From positions 898,426 through 962,425 of the forward strand of contig KV454011.1 in the NCBI GenBank assembly GCA_001661245.1: a stretch of DNA of 64,000 bases, written 5' to 3'. The notes below the pieces were generated by a model. The model searched no databases, was not told the origin of the DNA, and was given only the letters and a program-made list of their open reading frames with translations. The position numbers were made by a program, and so were the translations under genes. This document shows positions 14,495 through 25,441 of this stretch, in pieces (position 1 is the stretch's first letter; each line of letters starts with the position of its first letter). This DNA is from Pachysolen tannophilus NRRL Y-2460 (Eukaryota).

Positions 14495-14917
14495 TGTACC
14501 CAAACTATCTACAACAGTCAATATATATATATATAGTATAGTCAAACTATCAAAAGTTATCTCTTTCTTTTCACCTTCATTCTTATTTGGTTTCTTAGAT
14601 TATTACAGCGTTGCGCTTTGGACAAAAACACAGGACATCGATCGGCAGCCCTCGTTTCTCGAAATTGGGTCATCAAGATCGAAAAGGTTCACAAGATGAC
14701 CCATAAGAGTTACTAACCAGTGAATGAAACGACAACGACAACTACAACTATAATAAGAGAACAAGTGATTAGTTTAAAAGCAAATGGTAATGCATCTTAT
14801 CATTGAAAATAAAAAATCCCAGAAAAAAAAGAACGAAACTCCTCCAGTAGAAAAAGAAAACTTTTGAAAAGAAAAGAAAGTAAACGATATAAATAATAAA
14901 TAAAACATTTTGAGTCA

Positions 14918-17548
14918 CTACTCTAAATCTTCATAGGACGGAATGTCCAAATGGAAGAACGGAGTATCTGTACCTATGGCAGCGTAATAGTTACTAATAG
15001 TACCATGTTCTATATCTTCCAGTTCAGATGATGACAAAGTAGTATTTTCTTCAGAATTGAAAGATGAACAAATATCATAATAACGATGAATTCCACGTAA
15101 ATTGCCATCCATATCATCATCATCTATGTGCAACTTCTTAGCCTCTACGACACCATGTGGCTTACCAAATCCAGCAGCTTTCAAACTTCTTCTAATCCAA
15201 GGGGATAAAATGCCGCTAAAGTGGAATTCAAGTTCTTCACCCGAGTAGATTAAGATTGCCTTGTACAAATCAACTAAAGCCTGAGTACTTGTAGAATCAA
15301 TAGATGTTACAGCAGAAAAATCAAAATGGAGAATCTTGATGACCGGTCTTGGATCATGGTTCTCCAGTTGACGACGTCTAAATTCTTCATCTTCAAATTC
15401 TTTTGTCAGTAGACTTGGTTTGAATGTTTCTTTGATGTTGTTTAAAGTATTCTTTATGCTGAAATTCTTAAATGATGACCTTGTAATTGGGAATTTGTAT
15501 TCACTATTAGGAGGTGGATTATTCCATGGCCTATCCCCAACTGTTCTATAAACTTTGGCTTCACCTGGTTTTGTTAATCTTTTGACTTCATCTAAAATTG
15601 TATCTAACTGTTTAGAACAATTTGGATATGTAAACGATTCCGAAGGTCTAAATACAAGTACACCCGGTGGTGGAGCTAAAACATCCACTTTAGGGTTAAC
15701 TAAATCTGTGTGTATGAAATTAGTGGTTCCAGACGTCGAAGTAGGTAAAGGAACCCATCTAGTATGAAATCTATATCTAGGAAGTTTCTTCGTGTTTTCC
15801 AATTTTTCCTTAATATCATTTGGAGCAGTATCTGGTTTTGAAGGATCACTGCTATCCTTAGTATAACCTGTAGACGAAATAATTTGAACAACTTCAGATG
15901 ACTGAGAACTTGAATCATCAGTATCTGTCAAAGAATTTCCATTAGTGTTTTCAATAATAACTGGATCAATAACTTCGGCAACTTTAACACGTCCCAAGAA
16001 AACACCATTTGGCTTTGCAATTTTCCATAACAAATGTGCACAAGAAGCACAAGCAGCAAAGTAAATACTATCATCAATCGAAGCAAAAATACTAACAAAG
16101 ACACCAGCAACAAAGATTAAAGCATCGATTGGAGAAACACGATAAATGTTCCAAGTTTGTTTATAAGAGGAAACCAAATCAGTAACACAGTGGATAATGA
16201 TAGCGGATAAACCAGCTTTCGGAATGTAGTAGAAAGCTTTTGTGAAACAGTATACAGCTAACAAGACAACGGCACCTGTGAATAATCCAGCTAATGGAGT
16301 TTTAACTCCACACTTGGCCTTTAATGCGGATCTTGAAAAGGAACCAGTAGCAGGGTATGCGTTGAAAAAAGTACCTATCAAATTCGTAACACCAATGGCA
16401 ACTAATTCTTGATCCGGAACAATTCTATAGTCATTAACCCGACCAAAAGATTTGGAAATAGATATGTGTTCCAACATTAAGACAATAACACTTGCTGGAA
16501 GTTCTGGTGCCATTACACTTAAAAGATCTGTTTGCATTGTCATAACACCAGTATGCTTCAAACCAGCTGGTACTTTACCCAAGATCGAAATTGGATTTGA
16601 AGTAGAATCTGGATGAGCTAACTTGTGCAGGTGAACAACACCCCAAGAGATCAATGTGGCAAAAACAATAACAACTGCATTTCTTAAATTTTGAAGGTAA
16701 AAAAACAGTCTTTTTGCATATCTATTTCTAGAACGATTAATAGCAACATCACAAGAATACTTCCAAGCATATAAGATAAATAATGAAACTAAACCAAAAG
16801 CAGCATCAAGCTTAGTATTTGGTAAATTTTTCAAAGTGTTAATGATAACTTCGTATGTAGCAGCTCTAGTATTAACTGATGAATTATAACCCATCAAAGC
16901 TGGAACTTGACCCGCAACAATATTGATAGCAGATCCACTCATAAAAGCCATGACAGTTGGAATAGAAATAAACTCCAAGATAAAACCAAGTCTTAAAACA
17001 CCAAGCCCAAGAGCAATCGACCCACATAATAAACTCATCATAGTTGCAATGACAGCCAGATCTGCATCAGGATAAGTATCTTGAACTTTTGCAATAACTT
17101 TAGAAATTTGCATAGACATAACGGCAACAGGACCAATAGAAACATCTTTGGAAGTTGCAAAAAAACAATAAATAAAAACACCAACAAAACTTGAGTATAA
17201 CCCATATTCACTAGGTAATCCGGCTAAAGTTGCATAGGACATAGATTGAGGAACTAAGACACAACCAACAGTAATACCTGCTATAATATCTCCATAAAAC
17301 CATTGTCTATTATAATGAAGAATCCATTTAAGTATTGGGAAAAGAGATAAAATATAATTTTTCACCTTGCGTAATGGATTTTGAAATACATATTGAAACC
17401 ATTGTAAAGATCCCACAGGAACATCATGATATTCTTCAATTAGTACCTGATCATCACTTTGATGATGATCTTCATAATGAGTTCTTTCTGATATTTCGTT
17501 GACGCCTTTGGAAATACTTCCATGATGCTCTACCGAAGCACTAGACAT
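14918..17548 (-). CDS. SUL1: High-affinity sulfate permease (SulP/SLC26, Sul1/Sul2 type)
   Basis: DIIAGITVGCVLVPQSMSYA, GLYSSFVG, TGSFSRSAL, STAS HFDFSAVTSIDST, TPFFHLDIP. ATG at 17548; the upstream ORF extension is AT-rich non-coding sequence. Confidence 0.9.
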   Translation of the reverse strand: MSSASVEHHGSISKGVNEISERTHYEDHHQSDDQVLIEEYHDVPVGSLQWFQYVFQNPLRKVKNYILSLFPILKWILHYNRQWFYGDIIAGITVGCVLVPQSMSYATLAGLPSEYGLYSSFVGVFIYCFFATSKDVSIGPVAVMSMQISKVIAKVQDTYPDADLAVIATMMSLLCGSIALGLGVLRLGFILEFISIPTVMAFMSGSAINIVAGQVPALMGYNSSVNTRAATYEVIINTLKNLPNTKLDAAFGLVSLFILYAWKYSCDVAINRSRNRYAKRLFFYLQNLRNAVVIVFATLISWGVVHLHKLAHPDSTSNPISILGKVPAGLKHTGVMTMQTDLLSVMAPELPASVIVLMLEHISISKSFGRVNDYRIVPDQELVAIGVTNLIGTFFNAYPATGSFSRSALKAKCGVKTPLAGLFTGAVVLLAVYCFTKAFYYIPKAGLSAIIIHCVTDLVSSYKQTWNIYRVSPIDALIFVAGVFVSIFASIDDSIYFAACASCAHLLWKIAKPNGVFLGRVKVAEVIDPVIIENTNGNSLTDTDDSSSQSSEVVQIISSTGYTKDSSDPSKPDTAPNDIKEKLENTKKLPRYRFHTRWVPLPTSTSGTTNFIHTDLVNPKVDVLAPPPGVLVFRPSESFTYPNCSKQLDTILDEVKRLTKPGEAKVYRTVGDRPWNNPPPNSEYKFPITRSSFKNFSIKNTLNNIKETFKPSLLTKEFEDEEFRRRQLENHDPRPVIKILHFDFSAVTSIDSTSTQALVDLYKAILIYSGEELEFHFSGILSPWIRRSLKAAGFGKPHGVVEAKKLHIDDDDMDGNLRGIHRYYDICSSFNSEENTTLSSSELEDIEHGTISNYYAAIGTDTPFFHLDIPSYEDLE

Positions 17549-17872
17549 CTCCAATAAATTTGTAAATCTGTGAAAAACTTTTAGATGTATAAAAAAAAAA
17601 TAAAAAAAAAAAAAAAGAAAGAAAAAAAATAAGTTACGGAAAAAGAGAAAGTACAGATACTTCTTATATAAAAAAAATGAAAAAGAATATAAGAGAGGAG
17701 TCTTTGAAACTAAAATAATAAATATATGAATACTACTATAACTGTTTATATTTCTTACAACACTTTCATTATTAGTTATTGATAGTAACACAACGCTTGT
17801 TCATTTCTCTTCTTGCTTATGCTTCGAAGGTTGATATTTTTTCACAATTGTGCAATTGTATAGTCGAATATG

Positions 17873-18168
17873 CACGTGAGTTTAGAGTAACCGAGCGTCT
17901 TGCATATTATTTTTGCGATACTTTAGAAGCCACAGTTGAAAACGATAACCATTTCTCTTAACAACTTGATATTGTTACTCATTTCTAAACCTCTATCCAA
18001 GTGCGCGTGCGACTTTTAACGCATGGTAGCTATTACGTCCGACTTATTTTTGCATTAAAAAAAAAAAGGCTCCATATCTTAACGGTATCAAATATAATCC
18101 ATCTTTTACGGTATTATACATTTTTTCCGTGTTCACCACAGTTTTAGCTTTAAGCTTAAGTCACGTGA

Positions 18169-18200
<32 letters not shown>

Positions 18201-18232
18201 CCTTTTTTGTCTGCGGCTGAACTCCACAGTTT
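17873..18232. promoter_or_regulatory. Sulfur-regulon promoter: Cbf1 (TCACGTG) and Met31/Met32 (AAACTGTGG) sites
   Basis: CACGTG at 17873-17878 and TCACGTGA at 18161-18168; CCACAGTT(T) at 17930-17937, 18136-18144 and 18224-18232, all upstream of the sulfate permease. Confidence 0.8.
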
Positions 18233-18765
18233 TTCTTTTCTTTTTTTTTTTCTTTTCTTTTTTTTTGATCCATAAGTTTTTCCTCATCTCTCCAAGGAAA
18301 AACTAAAAAAATTGGAAGGAATTTTGAGGGAAGGTGTGACAAATTTCCCCTTTTAAAAATTTTTTTTTCCGCCGGCCCTGACCTGCAACGGCTCCAGTTG
18401 AAGAGATCTAGAGATTATTTTTGCCTTTTATTTTTTAATCTTTATTCGATAGAGGAAGAACTGATACTTCACCGTTATTTTACTTTTTGAACGAGATACA
18501 ATCCGCATGCAACTCATTTGTAGTAATCAAGAGTCTGAATATAAAGTAAAGAGATAAGATAGATAAGATACAAAGGAAAAATTCTAATTAAGGTTTCGCT
18601 TTGAAGCAGTAGAAGAATAATGAATTCACTCTTTTACCTTAAAAAGAACGGCGCAAAAAATGATTCGATGATCTTTAACTTCTTTAAAACTGTGTTACTG
18701 ATTTAATTCATGCAGTATATCGTTAATTTAAGAATTCATATCGCAAATATTCGACATCAAATTGC

Positions 18766-21700
18766 TCAACTTAATAAAACATCTGTTTCCCATATCTTTA
18801 CTGCTTCTAGCCAATAAATTTCGTAATCATGATCGCTCCTCTTTTTCCAAATTTCTAGCATCACCTGCTTCGATATCCAATGATCGTTATAATAGAAATT
18901 TGGGAACATTTTCAAAAACCGTTGTTGTAAATCATTCTTTATTGCATCGCATCCAGAGATGAAAAAACTCCAAAATAACGGTTGAATTTTAAAAATTTGG
19001 TTGAGTTCTCTTTCTCTTGCAGAATTATTGAAATTTTTTGCTTGATTTCGTTGTAAAGTTTCGGACAAGTTCCACAATTTTTCTAAATGATTAATTGAGC
19101 TTTCAACATTTTGCTGTAATAACATTGGATCCTTATCTCTGATTATTCTGGAAAAATATATTACTAAACTATTATAAAAGCTAATGATATTATGAAACAT
19201 GATCTCGTGGAAAACACTGATAAATTGATCTTCATTCTTCAACTTCCAATTAAGTTTCCAATTCATCAAATCCTGTTCTAGTTCGGTGCATAGTCTTGGA
19301 TAATTTCTTGGAAACAATTTCTTCCTATCAAAGAAATTCTTATGGTTTGCCAATGTGATAATCTTGTTGAAAAGTTCTAATAATGACATCGGGATTCCAT
19401 ACATGAATTCAACACTTGAAAAATTTTCGTTATTATCATCAATATCACCAAAAAAGACTGTATCACTTGTCGGATAAGGAATATCTATTAGCTTTGGAAG
19501 TTTCGGAAACTTGGGAGACGTCAGTACTAATGGTAAAGATTGGAAATGAAGTTCTTGCAGTCTTTTAAGCAGCAGCGTTGATGTCCTTAAATTTTTACTA
19601 GAAGAGGGCTGATCCGTTAAAGGAGATCCACCACTCCTACCAAAAGTTGAAACAAAATTGGGGAATTGTTGTTTATCTTCTAAAAGAATATTATTATTGT
19701 TATTGATAATAGTAGCATCATCAAAATCAATATTGAGATTAAGAAAATCATCAAGTTTGTTGAAACCATCATCGAATATAAATGCACCTGTTAAGTTGTA
19801 ATCTCCTGTTACAAGATCATCAAATTCTTCGTTGGGAACAGAATACGTTTCAATATTGATTTTTGCTGTAGAAAAATAGAAAATCTTCATAAATCTGTAC
19901 AACTTTATCAATTTCCTCAAGTTAACATATTTATCTAGAGTTAGCCTGCTTCGAGGATCATTCCCCTTATTCAATGAAAGTAATATAGAGTCGTTATAAT
20001 TATTCAAATAACTGATTAATTCATCAGTAATGGAAAACCAATCCCTAAAATTTTCCAATATGTTGAAAAAATAATCTATCTTGATAACTAGAATGAAAAC
20101 CAATAAAAGGTCTTTAATTTCATATTGTCTAATTAGAATATCGAGCAAGTTTGTGTTTTTGATATTATCATTACTATTAGCACTTGTGCTAGGATTTTCA
20201 TCATCATTTTTCTGAAATTCTAAAGCTATTTTCCCCAAATCGTAAATGATTGAATTTCTTAATTCTATGCTTAATTGTAAAAAATAGTTTGATTCGTAGT
20301 CTTCAGCATTAGTTGTAATTGTAATATCTTTTTTTTCTAAGAGCAATTTTTTATATTTTATAAAAGATGAAAGGCACAAGACTTCTTTCAAAACCAATCT
20401 TTTGATCAATTTTGTCAAAGTTTCATTATTGTTGTTAATCTTCAAATCGTCATTCACGTCGTCGTCCAAAATTACTTGTCCAATGATTTGTAGTAACATA
20501 GGCATTATCAATGTCTCATAAATGTTACCCTTGAAATAAATTGGCATCATGAGAGAAATATTATCAATAAAATTTTTAATTAACTTTTGGAAAATTGAAG
20601 AAATCAATAATGATTTCAAATTTTCATGATCATCGTTAACATCTTCATTATAACTATGACGATGTGTTGGACCTATTATACGGAAAAGATCAAGAATATT
20701 ATCATTTTTTATTTTAAAATCGTAGTTGTTAAAATTTTTCAAAATTTCACTGAATTTTGAAGGAGACTTAATTTGATAGTAACTGGAAAATATAAGTTTC
20801 TTAAGTGTTGTAGTTAATTCTACATCTTTATCCACTGTACTTTGGTTTTCCATTTTACTAGTATCACCATTCGCTCTTGGATCATATCGAATGTCACCTT
20901 TTAAAAATTTTGCTGTTAAAATTGCACTAGGAATAAACTGCGGATGGATCCAGATTTCATCATTAGCAATGTCTTCGTCATCATCTTCCTCTTCATCTCC
21001 TTCTTTGTCGTCTTTATCTTTTTCTACTGCTGCTTGAATATCTGTAACAAAAGCTCTTTCAGAAGACACTTGAGTGCTATTATCTCTTATAACAGTTCTA
21101 AGATCACTATCATTTGGCGAGAAATAAGAAGTAAACGGATGCCTTAAGCTATGGAAATTATTAGTACGATCAAGTGTTGCCGATACCACTGTATTTGAAT
21201 TTAGTTGTGATCTTTCATTCAGTTGTAGTGTCCGGTTTTGATCATTCTTATACTTTTTGATACCAGTAGCAGTTCCCGTTTTCAGTTGATGGAAATCTTG
21301 TAAATTTTCTTGCTCAGCTATTCTTTTCCTATCAATTTTTCTTTTATTTCCTAATCCTATTGCAAATTCTTCAGCTTTTATAATACCAAACGGTCCTTTA
21401 AACATTTTCAATTTTTTGTATTTATCCAAATTTGATAAACATAAAAAATCCATATCTCTATCCAAATCATCATGATACTTGTACAAAGTCTTAAATTTCA
21501 TGAAACTAGTACTTCTTCCTTGATAACCACCTCCACTGTTTGTGAGATTATTACTATCACCACTACCATCATCTTTCATCACCTCTCCAAACGACCCGTC
21601 ATCCAATGTAGTCAATGGCTTCGACCACCGAAGCTTAATACCATACCCTTGACAACTCAATCTCGATTTCGCACATCTATTGCAAGTTGGTCTTGAGTTA

Positions 21701-21798
21701 TCACATTTTATCTTTCTCGATCTGCATGTCCAACATCCAACAGAACTACGTTTTTTCTTCTTTTCCTGTTCTAAAGAAGAAGTTGTTTTTTCACCCAT
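18766..21798 (-). CDS. Zn(II)2Cys6 transcription factor, Arg81-like
   Basis: N-terminal GCWTCRSRKIKCDNSRPTCNRCAKSRLSCQGYGIKLRWS resembles the Arg81 zinc cluster; C-terminal fungal TF domain. Orthology not certain. Confidence 0.7.
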   Translation of the reverse strand: MGEKTTSSLEQEKKKKRSSVGCWTCRSRKIKCDNSRPTCNRCAKSRLSCQGYGIKLRWSKPLTTLDDGSFGEVMKDDGSGDSNNLTNSGGGYQGRSTSFMKFKTLYKYHDDLDRDMDFLCLSNLDKYKKLKMFKGPFGIIKAEEFAIGLGNKRKIDRKRIAEQENLQDFHQLKTGTATGIKKYKNDQNRTLQLNERSQLNSNTVVSATLDRTNNFHSLRHPFTSYFSPNDSDLRTVIRDNSTQVSSERAFVTDIQAAVEKDKDDKEGDEEEDDDEDIANDEIWIHPQFIPSAILTAKFLKGDIRYDPRANGDTSKMENQSTVDKDVELTTTLKKLIFSSYYQIKSPSKFSEILKNFNNYDFKIKNDNILDLFRIIGPTHRHSYNEDVNDDHENLKSLLISSIFQKLIKNFIDNISLMMPIYFKGNIYETLIMPMLLQIIGQVILDDDVNDDLKINNNNETLTKLIKRLVLKEVLCLSSFIKYKKLLLEKKDITITTNAEDYESNYFLQLSIELRNSIIYDLGKIALEFQKNDDENPSTSANSNDNIKNTNLLDILIRQYEIKDLLLVFILVIKIDYFFNILENFRDWFSITDELISYLNNYNDSILLSLNKGNDPRSRLTLDKYVNLRKLIKLYRFMKIFYFSTAKINIETYSVPNEEFDDLVTGDYNLTGAFIFDDGFNKLDDFLNLNIDFDDATIINNNNNILLEDKQQFPNFVSTFGRSGGSPLTDQPSSSKNLRTSTLLLKRLQELHFQSLPLVLTSPKFPKLPKLIDIPYPTSDTVFFGDIDDNNENFSSVEFMYGIPMSLLELFNKIITLANHKNFFDRKKLFPRNYPRLCTELEQDLMNWKLNWKLKNEDQFISVFHEIMFHNIISFYNSLVIYFSRIIRDKDPMLLQQNVESSINHLEKLWNLSETLQRNQAKNFNNSARERELNQIFKIQPLFWSFFISGCDAIKNDLQQRFLKMFPNFYYNDHWISKQVMLEIWKKRSDHDYEIYWLEAVKIWETDVLLS

Positions 21799-22439
21799 AA
21801 TTTCAACCTTATTTCCCCAGATTTTTCAACTAATATGCCTCTCTCAAATCTCGTGATACCCAACATTGCATTTCTCAATTTAAAAGGGTAATAAATATAA
21901 TTTACAAATATAAACTCCCTATCTATTAATCATAGACTTTAACGGTATTAAACATTCCAACTATCTTTTTGGCCCTTTGCCTCGATGGAAGTGTTAGCCG
22001 AAAAATTTCCTAATTGGGATGCCCTCGGAAATAATATCCCAAACTGGAAGCGCAGGTTTCTCTTGCTTAACTTCATTTTCAATTATTTTAAAGAATTTAA
22101 ACAACAATGATCCAATAGATGTTATAGTCTAGTTGTCTCTGGATGAAAACAATCAGCCCGCCCTGTACTGACAGAAGCACAAAGTCTAACATAAAACTGT
22201 TGTTGTTGATCTTTTTTTTCTTTGTATTTGGATTTGTATTTGTACTTGTCTTTTGGGTCAGATAATGACCCATTTTTAGAAGCTTCACTTTTTTTTTTGG
22301 GGCTTTGCCCGCAAAACGTAGTGCGCTTAGTGACCAAAAAGGGTCTCTCGATGATCCTAAGTAAAAATTGATATATTATAAAAATGTACGACGCTTTAAA
22401 ACACATGTTAATGATATATTGAATTATCATAAACATAGG

Positions 22440-25079
22440 ATGCAGTACGTTGGTAGGGCAATTGATTCTGTATCGAAGACATGGAGTTCAATAAATCCCG
22501 CGACTTTGTCCGGCGCCATTGATATAATGGTTATTCAGCAAGAAGATGGTATGTTTATTTTTAAAATGTATTTGTATCATTTTTATACAATTGTACTAAC
22601 TAACTATAATTTTTTGTTTCTTTTGTCTTTTTTAGGAGAGTTATCATGTTCTCCATTTCATGTAAGATTTGGAAAGTTTCAACTATTGCGGCCTTCTCAG
22701 AAGAAAGTTGAAGTTTGGGTGAATGAAGAGAAAACAAATCTTCCGATGAAACTAGGCGATGGAGGAGAGGCTTTTTTCGTTTTTGAGACAGACGCTGATA
22801 TACCACAACATTTGCAAACTTCACCGATTATATCGCCATCTAGTTCACCGTCGCCCCCTTCGTCGCCTCCTTCATCGAGATCGGGGAATGTGGTGGCGAA
22901 ATCTCATTCATCACCTGTCTTATTACAAGAGCCAGAGTTTTTAGATATTGGGCCAGGTGCTAATGAACTAGTGGGCAACAGCAATAATCATAATAATAAT
23001 AATAATATTAATAATAATAATACCAATAGTTCTAGTGTTAGCAGCTTAGTCTCCACTTCACCTCCATCTACTCCTTCATCAAATTTGGCCAAAAGACTTT
23101 CTTACCAACAAGCACAAAAGCTTTCTAGGAAATTGACAATTAAGAACATTCCATCAAAGATTGATCCAAATGGTGATATTTTTTTAGATATGCATGGTTA
23201 TAAAAGTAATAATAAAGCGGTTCATGACTCTGATGCTATTATTAGACAGTTGTTGAAAGATGAGTTTGGTGATAATATAGATATTAGTAATTTAGTCAGA
23301 GAAGATAAAGAAGGAAATATAACTATCAATAGTAGGGAAGATATTTTAAATGATAGTAATTCAAGCTCTTCTTTAAATTCTTCAACAAATACTACTACTA
23401 CTACTAATACTACAACAACAACAGCAACAAATTCATTACAAAACTTATCGTTATCCCCTCCTCCTCCTCCTCCTCCTCCTCTAAGTCCATCATCAACAAC
23501 ATCGTCTCTATTGTTAAACTCATCTTCCGATGAAGAAGACACAAATTCAACAAACAACTGCAATTTTTTCAAAACATTAAGACTTACGTCAGAACAGTTG
23601 AAATGTTTAAATTTGAAACATGGTGAAAATTCTATACGATTCAGCGTTAACAAGGGTAAATCTGTGATCACATGTAAACTTTATCTTTGGATGTACAATG
23701 TTCCCATAGTTATATCCGACATTGATGGTACAATTACTAAATCAGATGCTTTGGGACATGTCTTAACCATACTTGGAAGAGATTGGACCCATGAAGGTGT
23801 TTCGAAATTATTTAGCGATATTCATGCAAATGGTTATAACATTTTATATTTGACTGCAAGATCAGCAGGGCTAGCAGATTCTACAAGGTGGTATTTAAGA
23901 AATGTAGATCAAGATGGTGTCAAGCTTCCTCATGGGCCTGTTATTTTATCACCTGACAGAACAATGGCTGCTTTAAGAAGAGAAGTAATATTGAAAAAGC
24001 CAGAAGTTTTTAAAATGTCTTGTTTAAAAGATATCAAATCCTTATACGAAAATGGGTCATTTAATTCTAATAAAGAAAAACCTGCATTATATAACAATGT
24101 TAACAATATGCGTACACCGTTTTATGCAGGTTTTGGTAATAGAATTACTGATGCACTTTCTTATAGATCGGTGGGGATTCCTTCTTCTCGTATCTTTACC
24201 ATTAACCCAGATGGTGATGTTCATACCGAATTATTGGAGCTTGCTGGTTACAAATCATCTTATTTACATATAAATGAATTAGTGGATCATTTTTTTCCTC
24301 CAGTGAGGATAAACAGAATGGCAGATCCTACTCATCTAATGATAAACAATGATGAAAATTTTACAGATGTTAATTTTTGGAGGGAACCAGTTATGAATTT
24401 GAGTGACTTTAGCAGCGACGAAGAAGAGGAAGTAGATGGAGATTTGAGAGAAGACACTAAAAAATCTGCATCATCTGTCGAAAATGGTACTGAAGAAGAT
24501 AGCAGTAGTGGGACAGGAACAACATCAACTACGACAACAACTAATACCATATCTACCGCTACTAATACGAGTACCGCTACATCTTCAGCTGCCACAAACG
24601 AGGGTCAAAATGTACAAGAAACACCTAGAAGATCTAGTAAAAGTGGGTTGAGAGACTATGTCACTTCTCCTTCAACTCCTTCTAAACCTCCAAAACAGAA
24701 TTTCGCCAAAAGTAATAACACTCTTAGTTCAGATCTGAATAGTGTAATCGGATCGGAATCTGATGAATATACAGATGAAGATGAAGATAACGATTACGAA
24801 GAGGATGATGAATCGCAGATAATCTATGAAGATGAAGAAGACGAGGATGATGAGGATTACACCACAGAAGAAGACGAGTACACTGATGAAGAAGCTTTTG
24901 AATATGATGATGAAGAGGAGGAAGATTTGGTAAATGGAGATTCAAATGTTGAAGAAGCTGTTGGTGGTGCTAATCATTCAGAACCAAGTAATGGTGGTTT
25001 GGAACATGACCATGTCGATTTCAAGAGACACAGCTCCAAAAATGGAAATAAGGAAAGTAGCATAGCTCAAGATTCGTGA
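22440..25079 (+). CDS. PAH1: Lipin / phosphatidate phosphatase Pah1; exons 22440-22548 and 22636-25079 (~850 aa)
   Basis: MQYVGRA...NPATLSGAID, CSPFHVRFGK, catalytic DIDGT, GFGNRITD; acidic tail. Confidence 0.95.
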   Translation: MQYVGRAIDSVSKTWSSINPATLSGAIDIMVIQQEDGMFIFKMYLYHFYTIVLTNYNFLFLLSFLGELSCSPFHVRFGKFQLLRPSQKKVEVWVNEEKTNLPMKLGDGGEAFFVFETDADIPQHLQTSPIISPSSSPSPPSSPPSSRSGNVVAKSHSSPVLLQEPEFLDIGPGANELVGNSNNHNNNNNINNNNTNSSSVSSLVSTSPPSTPSSNLAKRLSYQQAQKLSRKLTIKNIPSKIDPNGDIFLDMHGYKSNNKAVHDSDAIIRQLLKDEFGDNIDISNLVREDKEGNITINSREDILNDSNSSSSLNSSTNTTTTTNTTTTTATNSLQNLSLSPPPPPPPPLSPSSTTSSLLLNSSSDEEDTNSTNNCNFFKTLRLTSEQLKCLNLKHGENSIRFSVNKGKSVITCKLYLWMYNVPIVISDIDGTITKSDALGHVLTILGRDWTHEGVSKLFSDIHANGYNILYLTARSAGLADSTRWYLRNVDQDGVKLPHGPVILSPDRTMAALRREVILKKPEVFKMSCLKDIKSLYENGSFNSNKEKPALYNNVNNMRTPFYAGFGNRITDALSYRSVGIPSSRIFTINPDGDVHTELLELAGYKSSYLHINELVDHFFPPVRINRMADPTHLMINNDENFTDVNFWREPVMNLSDFSSDEEEEVDGDLREDTKKSASSVENGTEEDSSSGTGTTSTTTTTNTISTATNTSTATSSAATNEGQNVQETPRRSSKSGLRDYVTSPSTPSKPPKQNFAKSNNTLSSDLNSVIGSESDEYTDEDEDNDYEEDDESQIIYEDEEDEDDEDYTTEEDEYTDEEAFEYDDEEEEDLVNGDSNVEEAVGGANHSEPSNGGLEHDHVDFKRHSSKNGNKESSIAQDS
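22549..22635 (+). other. Spliceosomal intron in PAH1 (87 nt)
   Basis: GTATGT donor, TACTAAC branch point, pyrimidine tract, TTTAG acceptor; removal restores QEDGELSCSPF. Confidence 0.92.
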
Positions 25080-25441
25080 TCTATACACCATAAACTTCTT
25101 CAGACAAGAACCCGTATGTGAAAATTTAAAAAAAAAAAATTTTTTTTGTTGGTTCTTTATGTTAAAATGCATTTTATATATAGTAAGTATTTAGCACTTA
25201 AAACAGGAGTTCTTAAGTGAGAAGAGAGCTTAATAGGATAATAAAACGAGAAATTTAATAATATTTCGGTGTTGCAATCTAACTGTAATTTGGCTTCTAA
25301 TTACTGAATTATATAAACATACGTTACATAAGTGAAATACAAAAAATTCATTTGGCAGAGGAATAGCGCTAACACAATGAAACAACAAAATCAATAAAAT
25401 CAAATCTTATATGAAAAGTCAATACAAAGCGGCCTCATTAA

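Noticed and set aside
17549..17791. Hydrophobic N-terminal ORF extensions (SUL; likewise MSC2, CSC1, ERG7, PAH1, LIP2)
   Set aside because: Products of non-ATG starts in the ORF track or T-rich UTR; homology begins at the downstream ATG.
18615..18710. Possible C/D snoRNA with AAGAACGGC
   Set aside because: Only 9 nt of rRNA complementarity, a poor C box and wrong spacing to the D box.
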